DNA of 64,000 bases from Felis catus (taxonomy: Eukaryota): assembly GCF_018350175.1 (NCBI RefSeq), contig NC_058369.1, positions 134,168,001-134,232,000 on the forward strand, written 5' to 3'. Positions 49,201 through 61,298 of this stretch are shown piece after piece. The number at the start of each line of letters is the position of its first letter. The first letter of the stretch is position 1. A model generated the notes under the pieces. That model made no database searches. It was not told the origin of the DNA and saw only the letters and a list, made by a program, of their open reading frames with translations. The position numbers and the translations under genes are program-made.

Positions 49201-50434
49201 AAAAATCAAATATATATGATAAGATATATGGCATGATGTGACATAATGTGACATATGAAAACATAGTATCATGTGGTATGATAATTAAAGGGGTCCCTAC
49301 ATTCATTTTACTCCTAAGAATGTCAGGGATACTATTTTTTAAATAGAAAAGATTCTTTCCAAGGCAAAGAAAATTCTGAAAGTATATTCCTGTTGCTGAT
49401 TCTATATGATTTACGTCCTTTAAAAAATTAACATTTATAAATATTATTTCATATTTCATTAAACTATTTCATAAACTTTAAGTAGGTTGTGTGTTGTAAA
49501 GTTAAAGGATTAAGTGGAAAATGAATGAAAATGTTAAAACAAATGAATAATTTACTTGCATTCTCTGTGAACTTTAAATAGTTAATCATTCCTCGACTGT
49601 GCCTCATTTCAGTGAGTGCACCCTCCTTCTGGAGGTTGGGCTGGTCATACCACCCACACGCTTTGATCATTACCTAGATATGCAGTGGTCATGTCAGTAG
49701 CTAATTGCCCACGTTACCTTCTTCATTTTTCTTGTTAAAGAGAGATTTTTTAAATGAGCTCAATATATCTGCCTTTTTAACGGAATTATTAATAATACGT
49801 ACACCCTCATTTATTATTTGGTCTTTTTTTCCTGAGCTCTTCTTTCTTTGATAAATCTGTAGAGTCCCTGGAAGACTGTTAGAAATCATTTTGCTCTGAC
49901 TCTACCTTGCTAACCCCTTTTACTTAGAACTACAACAAATACATAGCTTATAGTTTATTCTTTCTTAGTTATTTTGGCCTGGAGTTGACCTAATTTTCCA
50001 CATTTATTTAGTTCAGTTTTAAAACTTAAAGTAAAGCACACTTGACCATAAGCAGAATAAGACTGTTAATGGGTAAAGCATGAAAAATGTGAAACAAAAT
50101 AAGCAAAGCATTAGGATCAACAACAACAAAATACAGTGATTCATATGAAAATTTGGCTATAAGTTCCCAGAAGCAACCTTTAAGAAGAAAACATGAACTT
50201 AAAAAAAATCTCTTTTCATTGTATTCCCCAAACAGACATTTTCCTCCTGGTGGTAAAGTCTAAAAGAAATTGCCCCACCAAGCTATGATATAGGAACTTT
50301 GAATAATCTAAGTATGTGATTTTCACCAAGCTACTTAACTTTTCTGCCTCATGTTCCTCATCTGTGAAATGGCTTAAATATTGTACATTTTATAATCTCC
50401 AAAGGTTGGTGAAACAATAGATTACAAAATTGAT

Positions 50435-51810
50435 TTTTCATTCAGCAAATGTTTACTAAGTCCCTTAGTATTTAGGGACCCAGGTCTAGGTACTAAAGAT
50501 AAGCAGTAAATCAATAAGTGTCTACTCTCATGAGTTCGTGTTCTACAGAAAAAGGGAGAAAATAGACAGATGAAGAGATTATAGCATGCCAGGTAATGGT
50601 AAGTGCTTTGAAGAAAAATAGCAGGGTATAAGGGGAAGATGGGAAGGTGTATATGTTTTGAATAAGGTGCTCAGGCAAAAAGTCTTTAGGAAGGTGGCAT
50701 TTGACTAGAGACCCGAATGAAGTAGGGGAGAGAAACACATAAAGATCTAGGGAAGGATTTCTGCAAGAAGGAATGGCAAGAACAATGTCCTTGAAGTAAA
50801 AATAAAAATAATAGATTTGGGTAGAGGTTAGAGTGCTAGTTGGCCAAAAAAGAATAAATGAAGAGAAGCATGGACTAAGTGAAGGAGTTGGAGACATAGG
50901 CTGGGGCTAAATGAAGTAGACCCTTTTTGTCTATAAGGCTTTATTCTGAATGGAATGGAAACCATTTATGGACTTTGAAGTGTGCCATGATTTTATTTCC
51001 ATTTTTAAAAAAGATCACTAGGATGGTTCTGTTGAGAACTGGCTATAATAGAACAAGAATAGACCTGTAGGATATTGACAAGTTGGATTTTAGAGGAGTT
51101 TAAGGGCCTTAGCCCAGGAAGGTTTCTCAAAGTTGTGGGAAAGGGTTGAGTTTATGCTGTTATTTTGAATGTAACTGTGAAATCTAATGCTGATGTGATA
51201 TGCATTGGAGAGGATTCAAGTATGATACCATGGAGACGCAGGTTTCCAGAGGAAAATCCACAGTTTGGGTTTAGCCATTTTAAGTGAGGCATGCTCATTA
51301 TTCATTCAAATGGAGAAAGCATGAAGGCAGTTGAGTATATCAACTGGACCTCAGGGAAGAGTCAGGACTACAGGTGGCATCTAAAGCTGTAAGATTATGT
51401 AACATCAGAGTAAACACACATAGATAAAAGAAGGTGAAAGACTTTGCAGCAAGGCACTCCAAAATTTAGCCCTGGGGCCAAAGGACAGAAAGAAGATGAG
51501 AATCCTGAAGAAGTGACTGAAAACTAGTATTCAGTGTATAAAAGGAAAACCAAGGGAGTTAGATACCTGAGAACATGTGTGAAAAAAACATTTCAAGAAC
51601 AAGAAGTGAAAATTAATGAATATCAAATGCTGTTGAGATCAAGTAAATAAAGCTAAGAATAGACCTTGGATTTGGCAACACAGGAACCACTAGTCATCTT
51701 AAGAGTGAAATGGTGAGATTGAAAGCCTATAGGAAGTATAGGAGAACGTAGGAGGTGAGGAAATGGAAACACAATGTATACACAACTCTGATGAGTTTTG
51801 CGGGAAAGGT
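50435..51810 (-). mobile_element. L2a-like LINE, about 1.4 kb
   Basis: Starts ttcattcagcaaatgtttactaag. Contains gaaggtggcatttgactagagacc, tcaaatgctgttgagatcaagtaaat, ttggatttggcaac. Confidence 0.85.
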
Positions 51811-51814
51811 CTTT

Positions 51815-52600
51815 ACACTTCATTTACAGTCTTTTAGGTTTGTCTACATGCCTTGTCCCAGACCCTCCTGTTCTTAATCTTCTTTCTCCTTACAGATCCT
51901 TCTAGGTCCTAAACAACCACAGCCTATGAGTCTGTATATTCTTATCTAGATCACTCCATTTTTCATACAAAGTGACTGACCAGGTGCATCATCCCCTGAG
52001 CTTTGTCATTGGGAGGAGTTCCCCTCACTGCTATCTTTCAAGGTCACCCCTGAGTTGAGAAGCAGTCCACTCATAAATTAAGCGTGAACTTTTTCCTTCT
52101 CTATTAGCTTGTCATATGGGATCCTTTGACGCCATAGGTATGAGGAGTAAATATGAACAAGAGGCAAATACACCACTTTGGTGGATGACATGACAGTGTG
52201 CTCTTTGACCCTGCTTTTGCTTGATCCCAGATGTGCCACTTCCACCTTACAATAATTGCTGGGCCCACTGAAACTTATGCTTCAGGAAGCCTAACAGAGC
52301 CGAGTTTATGATGGTCAGCTCTGCTGCATGGTCAGTTCATGTGCCATGATCAGATGCTCATTCTCTACTAAACCCCCAGGAACACACCAGCTGAGATTTT
52401 TTTTGAGTAGTGTACAATTTTCTGCTAAAGATGAAATCAAGTGGTCTATATTATGATTATCCTTGTAGGGCTTGCTATAAATTCCACCTTGCTTCTTTTT
52501 CAGTCACAGATATATATATCTACAACCAACGTCTGTAACCTCCATCTCAAAGGCTGTTTCCTGAGGAGCCCAAATGCAACAGATCTGTAATGTCTTCCAT
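51815..52600 (-). mobile_element. ERVL pol remnant (tether-RNase H)
   Basis: Minus strand: SGVTLKDSSEGNSSQ*, MHLVSHFV, IYTDS*AV and ELTIINS..KHK.QWAQQ match ERVL SGVALKDSGEGKSSQWAE..VHLVVHF..IYTDSWAV and ELPIMNW..SHKVGHAQQ. Confidence 0.75.
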
Positions 52601-53916
52601 CTTTAAACAAGTTTTGATATAATAGATATGCAACAACAAAAACATTATTTCTAAGACAAGAAGTTAAGAAAACTTATTAAACCAAATATAAAATTGATAT
52701 AATGTACCTAGTAAAATAATATTACCCTATTATTCTTTATCAGAAAGATTCCACTACTGAGCCTTCATCAATTCTTAGTATTTTAGGGGTAGGAATACAT
52801 AGACTATTGTGACAAATGCCAATGGTTTAACAATAATAATAGTATGTATTCAGGTTAGAACCATAATAGTTTTCAGAAATTTACACATTAATTGCTGAGA
52901 AATTGTCTGAAATGCCAACATGTAAATTTTGAATTGAATCAACCTTTCCATTTTTAAATCATATAATCTTAAATCTAGAATCTATCTGTCTTGCCAATGT
53001 AGAAAGAGAATTCTAGAAGTTGAACCCTCAGTCTTGACATGTTTCATATCTTTTCTGGATGGAAAACTACCAATCTTTAATTACATCTCTAATCAATTTA
53101 TTTAATATAATACTATTTTGCTAAAAAATTCATGTGACACAAAAGAAATATTTATGGAATAAAAGACTGTAATTGAATGCTTAATTATGTTATCTCTAGA
53201 AAATATCATAACTCCAAGATGTAATTTTAAAGTCAAAAATTTCCAAAATAAAGAATGTTGCATAAGTTTTAACCTACAGAGCTGACCCTATGAAGGCTCT
53301 CAGTTCAAGAAAAAGCAAACATTTCACTTCTAGTTAATCAGTAGATCACTGATAGTAAAATTACTAATAATATCTTGAGCTCTAAAAACTTGGATTTCTT
53401 TTCTGCTAGACCAACCAATGGTTTTCAAAATATGTGGTAAGAGAAGGTAAAAATACATTGGTCATGGCCAAATTCAATCCAGTATCTATAAACAAAACAA
53501 CACTGTTTCGTCTGTTGTACATTGTAGGCTCTTGAAAAGGTATAGCTCTTAAACATGATCTTGGAAAGCAAAGAAGTAGTTGATGTACCATTGTCCTAAG
53601 TCTATTGCATTGTATGCAGCATATAGTTGAGTTGATCTGTGCTGATATTGTAAATTTCTATAAACCTATTATCCTAGGTCAAAAATCTGTATTAGATATT
53701 TGAGAGTTACAATCAATATGTCTATAATAGTTGACCCTCTTGATTACATTCATCAGAGGTTTAGGTGGAAAGAAAGAAGGGACATCCTGAAGATGGGTTC
53801 TGTATACAGAAGACTATTCCAAATTTTATTTGGAGAACTAAGAGCTGTTATTAAATTTAGTAAGCATATTTCAAACTCCAATTCTCCCCTTTTAGTTCAA
53901 TTTTTAGTTCAACTTT

Positions 53917-54116
53917 CTTTTTTAGTGTATTTATTTATTTTGAGATAGAAAGCCCAAGTCAGGGAGGGGCAGAGGGAGAGGGAGAGAGAATCCTAAGCAG
54001 ACTCCATGCTTTCAGCACAAAGCCTGACACAGGGCTCAATCTCACAACTGTGAGATCATGACCTGAGCTGAAATCAAGAGCCATTTGCTTAACTGACTGA
54101 GCCACCCAGGTGCCCC
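53917..54116 (-). mobile_element. Can-SINE (Fc2-like)
   Basis: TSD ttttagttcaacttt at 53902-53916 and 54119-54133. Confidence 0.95.
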
Positions 54117-54675
54117 TCTTTTAGTTCAACTTTTAAAACTTCAGAAAAATTTTAATTTCAGCAAATTTTAATAGTATTTGTTATTGTTCAGACTGTAATG
54201 AACATTTTGAGAGGGTTTTGGATAATGTTTGGTTTCACTTATGCCTATATATACACACATATATGTGTACATATATGTGTGTATATGTACCCTCTGACAT
54301 ATTTTAAATAGCATTCAAATTTAGATCTTCTTTTTTATTTTAAAATACTTTAGTAACTCAATAAACCAGATCTTCCCAAATACTAAAATTATTTCATTAA
54401 TATAAAAATTAAACATAAAAACGTAGTGAGGTTTACATTTTCTTGAAAGATCTAGTTCTGTAAAGAAACCAGTAAGATTTCAACTAAAATCATTTCTAAA
54501 CAAACTACTCAATTATACATTTTAAATTGAAGTTATAAGGCTTTACTTTAAACGCCAAGATTCTCCTAAGTATCAGAGTAAACAAGATGTCAGTCATACC
54601 CAACTTCTTTCCTAACAAAATATTTATACTATGATTTACATTTCTTTTTTGTAAGTAGATTTTATGATATGCTGT

Positions 54676-55107
54676 TGTGGCAGATTATATTCTTCAAAAA
54701 TAGTGATGGCAATATTCCTGGTCATACCATCAAGTGGCAGAGTCTATTTCCCTACTTCCCAAACTTAGGCAAGGTTTTGCCATTGCCTCTAGAACTAGAA
54801 TGCAGAGGATGTGTTACTGCCACCATGTTGTAAGGATCCCCAGGCCACATAGAGAGGCTGACAGCCCAAGTTCAGGTCCCAACCAAAAGCCAGCATCAAC
54901 CACCATCCATGTGAATGAGCAAGTCTTCAGATAACTTCAGCCTCCCAGCCTTTAAATTATTGCAGCTGATGTTGAGTGATGCAGAAAAGGGTTATCTCCA
55001 TTGAATCCTGCCCAAATTGCCAATCTATGAGCAGAATGCAAGTTGTCATTATGTTAAGCCACTAAATTTTGGGTAGGTTTGTTAAGCAGCAGTAGATAAC
55101 TAACACA
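54676..55107 (+). mobile_element. MaLR LTR (MLT1H/G-like)
   Basis: tgtggcagattatattcttcaaaaat start, ccatgtgaatgagcaagtcttcaga, and gcagcagtagataactaaca end. Confidence 0.8.
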
Positions 55108-55132
55108 TCTACTCAGAAACCTCCTTTGGTAC

Positions 55133-55530
55133 TGTGGCACCCATTTTCCCCGTTTGTGGGAGTGTGGGCAGTTGATGGATAGGTTGTCAGCAGAGTCACT
55201 CTCTGGAAATTTCCTTTACCTAGAGAGATTTGCTACACAATACCTTAGGTGACTTGCCCTCCTGGAGTCAGCTCACATCAAATGATTAACTAACATGACT
55301 TTGTCCTAAACATCATCAAGGTGGACGAGTTTGAATTGCTATCCCAGTTCCTGAGATCTCCGTCAGGTCCTATAAGACCTTCTCTGGGGGCATCATAAAT
55401 TGACTCCTTTCTTTCCTCAGTGATGCTTTCTTCACTCCCCATGAATGTTGATTATGAGAGCACTCCCTAAGAGAATCCTTGTACACAAATCTCTATCTCA
55501 TCTGTTTCCCTGGATTCCAACCTCAGATGC
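55133..55530 (+). mobile_element. ERVL LTR (LTR16-like)
   Basis: gagcactccctaagagaatccttgtacacaaatctctatctca..tctgtttccctgga 3' end. Confidence 0.65.
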
Positions 55531-55764
55531 TTCTACATATTTATTTAAAATCTTCCCAGAGTTAAAGATGCATTCTCACTAGTGAAAACAACTGTCTAAG
55601 CTTTTGAATGAGAGGCTGACTGGATTCCTGTTGGCCATCTTGATGTAACTAAACCCTATTTATTTTTATTGTGTCAATACTTATATTACTCAATAGAGAT
55701 GATCATGCGGTTCAAATCTTTTGATTCAGTATTCATAGCAGTCTGCAAAACCTATTCAGGTACA

Positions 55765-56432
55765 GCTTTCAAGGTCCAGTCAGGAGACAGTAAACCATAG
55801 TGGTTATTTGAATTTAATAAAAAGAATTTTTAACTAGTAGAAGGTAGATAAAGGGGGTAACAGACAATTAAGAAGTAACAGGTACAAGAAAGAAACTACT
55901 ACCTCTAAGCTGAGGGAATGTGGACAAGAAAAAGAAAACAAAAACAAATCAAAAACCAACAAACAAACAAACAAAAGAAGTATTAGAAAATCACCACGCC
56001 CAAGGTTGAGATTCAGATCCCTGCCAAAAGGGGGAACAAGGAAACTACTGGTGGCAAAGAAACTTCCCAGGGGCTGTAAGTTGGGAGCTAGTCTGTAGAA
56101 GTGGTCTGCGTTGCTGGAGGGTGTGGGCAGGAAAAAAGCTGGTCAGAAGTGACCCCTAGGAGGGAGATCCTAAACAATGGATGCAGCTGGATTGCTTCCA
56201 GAGGAGGCTCCTGGGTTCTTGAATTAAATAATAATGGAAGACCAGAACCGCCATGGGAGGGATCTCCCTTTGTTACAGCCTTGTAGCACTGGAGAGTGTC
56301 CTCTACTGATAATGCCTAGCATTTTTGCCAATTGGCAAAGTAAATATGTTAACAGGGTCCAGTTTCATTATCATAAAGCCTGGGAAAGAGAGATTTGGAG
56401 CCAAAAGGAAATAATTGATTAGTGACATACCA
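55765..56432 (-). mobile_element. Old LTR (LTR78-like)
   Basis: ggtccagtcaggagacag at one end. cctctactgataatgcctagcat...aacagggtccagtttcattatca...atttggagcc at the other. Confidence 0.6.
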
Positions 56433-57989
56433 GGTGTATCATTTGATTGGATTTTCTATTTCTTTTGCTCTTTATATTTACCTAACTAAAAGCTTAAAGA
56501 CCTTTGAAATTGAGAGAATTCTGCATAATTTTAAATTCTAGCATTATATAATGTCAAACGCATTTAAAATGCTATCTGATTGAATTTTGGTTAATTCACA
56601 TGGCTTTTTATAACTGACTTTTTGCACCTTCTGAGACCAGTTTACAGTCATGCTGCATAGTACAGTTTTTGTTACCTCAGTTAACAGCTAATTTATTTTA
56701 AGGACGTACATGAGAATCAGTAATACAGGAATAGGAATCTTAGCCATGTAATGAGTCTTCATAAATATGTAGGAAAAAGAGTCATGCAGTTAGTTGCTCT
56801 GAAATAAGAACACAACATCAGGTAATAGAAGAAGCCAATGTTGAACCAGGGGCTGTATTATCTAATTGTCCCCTCAAGAGTGGTAATTGATGATTCTTCC
56901 ACAATGCAGTCTCTCATCTGATCTCTATCTTTTCTTCTGCACCTACAAGTATACTATTTTTTACTTTTTGTAATGATTTTTCCAACTTCACAGTATATTC
57001 AAATTTAGAATTTAACCTTTATTATGGCTTCTTGTGCCTTCTAGCATCTGCATGTTGCCTTTTCTTTCCAGGTCCTTTAGCTTCTGTTTCTGTTACTAAC
57101 ATATTAACGTTTCCCCCATATCACTAGTTCAAATTACAAAGAAATAGACTTCAATTGGCTGGGTCAATTAATAACATTTCTTCTTTAAAGTGACTAAATT
57201 CCAAGTCACCCACCTCATAAGCCCCTGGTCATCTTATAGATTGGTTGTCATTGAGTTAATGGTCAAACCCTGAAATAATCAGCTATAATCAGTGGTGTGA
57301 GAATGGTAGAGAATATGGTCACCAGCTCTATGTTAGAAATCGAATTGAGTTGCTTTTCTCGGCAAAGTACTGTCTACATTAAAGGGATATTTGAATGGTG
57401 GAGCTCACCAGAGACTTTGAAAGGCCCTCACTGGTACAACACTCAACCTAAAAATTCTGATTAAGGGGAGTTCCACAAAGAAGTTCTAGTCAATGGTTCC
57501 CGACAGTAGTGTTTATTACTTTCCGTCAGCACATCATTTGCTTCTGTTGACTGTGTTGACCAACAATGACAGGGTCTCCCATGATTTTCTCTTTTTGACA
57601 GCACCCTGTGTGCCTTGCCAATAGCTTGCAAGCTCCTTGGAGTATGAAGAGTTCATAATTGCTCTCTCAGAATAACTCACAACTGAGGCACTGCTGAGGC
57701 ACAGCTTTTTCAAGGTTATTTTTTTATAGCCATCTAATATTGCAATTGGACATGAGCCATTTCTCAGAATCCTCCTCGGTTCATAGTCAGCTTACTGTCA
57801 CAAAGTACAATATGCTCTTTTAGTGTGAGGATTTCATGGTATGGATCTCCCTCAACACAAATTATAAAGAATGAAAACTGCAGTGATGGAAGGAACATAT
57901 TGGTTTAATGTAAATCCTACTAATGTGAATTTGGATTTGGCTTAAATTTTTACCTTTTCACAAACTATTTATAAAAAGAGGTGAATTAC

Positions 57990-58185
57990 ACAGAGGCTTG
58001 GAGTTTGAAGGGCCCCATTGGATTGCACGGTCAATACCCTTCATTTTGTAGACGAATTTTAAAAAGCCAAAAAAAAAAAAAAATAGTTTAGAGGATTACT
58101 CTCTTTGTCAATAAATAAATCAAGATTAGAACCCAGGCTCCTTGAAGCTAAACCTAGTCCTCTTTCTAGTTACCATACTGCCCCC
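57990..58185 (-). mobile_element. MIR (MIR3/MIRc-like)
   Basis: cccttcattttgtagacga...attagaacccaggctccttga...ctagtcctctttctagttaccatactgcc. Confidence 0.6.
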
Positions 58186-59823
58186 TAGTGTCATCCACAT
58201 TCATAAGGTCTAGTGATTTTATTCATAAGAGCAAATTTCAATTAAAGACCTATTTGCAAACCAAAAATGCATGAGCTAATTTAAAATAATCAAAAGGAAA
58301 TCTTATGTAAAACTCAATTCTCAGTATTTTATCATTTATTAGTATTACTGTGCATACTTGAAAAAAATGTTTGCCTTATCTTCTAAAATAATCTTTCTAA
58401 GATTAAATTAAGGGCCTAACAAGTAAAGAACAAAGTTGTGTATTGAGGTGGAGGTAAAGACGAAGACTCACTTAAGAAAATAACAACACTGCAATTAATA
58501 TTCAATTTTTCTTAATATATCAATATGTCCCTTTTCTGAAGTTATAGATAGGGTTAATTGGTGTCCTGAGGAATTTTGAGGCTCTATGAGAAAAATCACA
58601 AAATAAGAGGAATTGAGGAATAACTTTTATAATAGAAGGAATTGAACAATGTGAAAAATAAGAGAAAATATCACATTAAAGTATCATAGTCAGCTTTACC
58701 TTATATTTCCATTTGCCCCCCTTCCAAAAAAAATAGATATTTATTAAAAGAACAAAACAAAGCAATTAGAAATAAATAAAATAATAAATCAATTAGAAAT
58801 AAGCAAATAAAAAATACTGACATACATTTTAAGAAGAAAATGAGTTAAAAAGTGTGTAACAGATATATCAGGGGGAAGACAGAAACAAGAGAAAATAGGG
58901 CAACTAATAAATGAGAGGAAGCAAAGAATTAATTATTATGCTAAGAAGGCTGATATATTGAGCTCATTTAAAAATTGTCTTTAAAAAAGAATGAAGAAGG
59001 AAAATTTAAATAAGGGGAAAGTAATGAAGACAATGAAAAGTGCTAATAAAGTGTTGAGAAAGAAAATGTGGAATACATTGTAAAGTAGAGAATAGTGATT
59101 CAGAGGATCTCAAGTAGGTTATGGGATCCCTACAAAGAAAACATTGTGACCAAACACAGGCAAACATGTGAACACTGTATTGGATGAACTTAATTGAATT
59201 AACTGAAATTCTAAAAACATGTAAATCATACTTTAAAATATACATTATGCAAGAAGGATTTCACAGAAGATACAGAATCAGTAAACAGATCTCTGTTGTC
59301 CTTTTCCTCTTAGCTCTGGGATTCTTTCTGATCATCTTTCAAGAGATTTCTGGCATAAAATGGCATTTGACCAGTACTCTCCAATACAACCCACTTTAGC
59401 CCAATACCTAAATACCAGAAAGACCATAAAACAATAAACAATCACAACATTGAAAACTAAGACTGATTATCACCCTACTGCCAAAAATGTTGAGAAATAC
59501 CTGTTTAGGTATTTTGTGGCATAGCCACTTTTTTAAATGCAACCCACATTTTTAAATAGTAGGAATTGTCTAATTTTTGAATCATGGACTGTAGCAATTC
59601 AAAAGCTTCCCACACACTTTTAATTCTTTGTAAGTGAGAATGGTAACATCAGCATTATATGTCTCCATCCCCATTCCTACTTTTACCCTTACTCAGAAAA
59701 GACAAGTCTTGGGAAACCACAGAGCAAGAATGGAAGGGGAGAAAACAGTAGAATTAGAGTTAGGGAACATCTAGTTCCCTAGAAGCAAAGTTTTCTTGGT
59801 AAAATCAGAAACAAAAAAAATCT

Positions 59824-60041
59824 AGGATCCTAGGTGGCTCAGTTGGGTAAGAATCTGACTCTTGATATTGGCTCAGGTTGTGATCTCACAGTCATGAGAT
59901 GAGGCCTTGTGTTGGGCTTAGTGTGGAGCCTGCTTGGGATCCTTTCTCGCCCTCATTGTCTGCCCCTCCCCTGCTCGTGTTCACTGTCTCTCTCTTACTA
60001 TCTCAATATCTCTCAAAATAAATGAATAAACATTAAAAAGA
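59824..60041 (+). mobile_element. Can-SINE (Fc2-like)
   Basis: TSD agaaac(a/t)aaaaaaatct at 59807-59823 and 60042-60058. Confidence 0.95.
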
Positions 60042-61298
60042 AGAAACTAAAAAAATCTTGGTATACTACATCCTGGGAGATGTATCTATTCACTTAAACC
60101 ATTGCTTTCAATTGCCAGAGGACCAAAAAATGAAGTAGAAGATTGCACTTCAGTATTGTGCAAGATGTCAGTGCTGTGCAAGATGAGTACCTTCAAATAC
60201 TAAAGAATTTGGCTGAGAGCTATGAAAATGAGTCTTTATTAATGAAAAAAAAACGACCATTCTTCAAGAAAACAATAATTAGAACTAAGACATCGATAGG
60301 AAAATAAGAGTGCATAAGCAGAATTAAAATGCATATTAATGCAGCAAAATTTTAAGTTAGTTGATGAGAAGTACAACCTTGAAGAACTTTACTAAAATGC
60401 AGAAAACATGTACAGGGCTGGAAAAGATACTAGAAAAGATGACTGATATGGAGAACAGACTCAGTATCATTTCTAGGAATAATATATGCCCCCCAAAAGA
60501 AAACAGAACAATTGGAATATTACCAAACTAGAGAACCCATGTTTGCAGGTTGAAAATCTCTCCTCTAGGGAAACTCCATGCAGTGGATACTGTGGGGAGG
60601 CTCACTAAATATCCACTTCGGCTCCCTTCTTTCTGCCTTTCTTTAATTTGGTACTATAAAGAAAAGTTTGGATCTCTATCTCCTCTTGAATCTGTATACA
60701 GCCACAAGACTTAGTTTTAGCTACAAGGTACAAACAGAAGCCTGGGTGAGGGCTTACCCTACTGAATACAAAAGTAAAGGCAATATCTTAATTATTTTTA
60801 TATTCCTAGTACCAGCAGAGAGTCTGGTTTATTAATTCAAATATACCACTCTGTGTGGTTATTTTTAATTTGTTGATTCTCTAGGAAATTCTTTAGTTTA
60901 TAGTTCTAAATTATGATTACTTTTGTTTTGTTTTGTTTTGTTTTTTTTTGACAAGTTTCCAAGGCAATTCATTGGGGAAAGAACTGTCTCTTTTTTTAAC
61001 CCTAAATTATTTTATAAGTAGTTTTAAAATTTGAATTTGGCAAATAAATTTAGCAAGTGAATTAGCTCAAACCTGGATCTTTCAAGGCTAGGAAAGTAAG
61101 TTAAAGTGTTTTAATAGAATAAAAATTGCTAATATTGAACTGACAAATTGGATCTCTGGGTTTAAGGAATTTTCACAGAACTGATTACAACATAAGCAAG
61201 CAAGAATTACAAACTCCCCGGAACACTGGCAGTAAATACTTTTTTTCTTTGTTATTTCTATGAAGAAAAGGCTATGCTATCAAAAACTACCACTCTCA

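Noticed and set aside
57500-57860. Coding-like stretch faintly resembling a piggyBac transposase motif on the minus strand
   Set aside because: The similarity is too weak to support by eye. It needs a Dfam/Pfam search.
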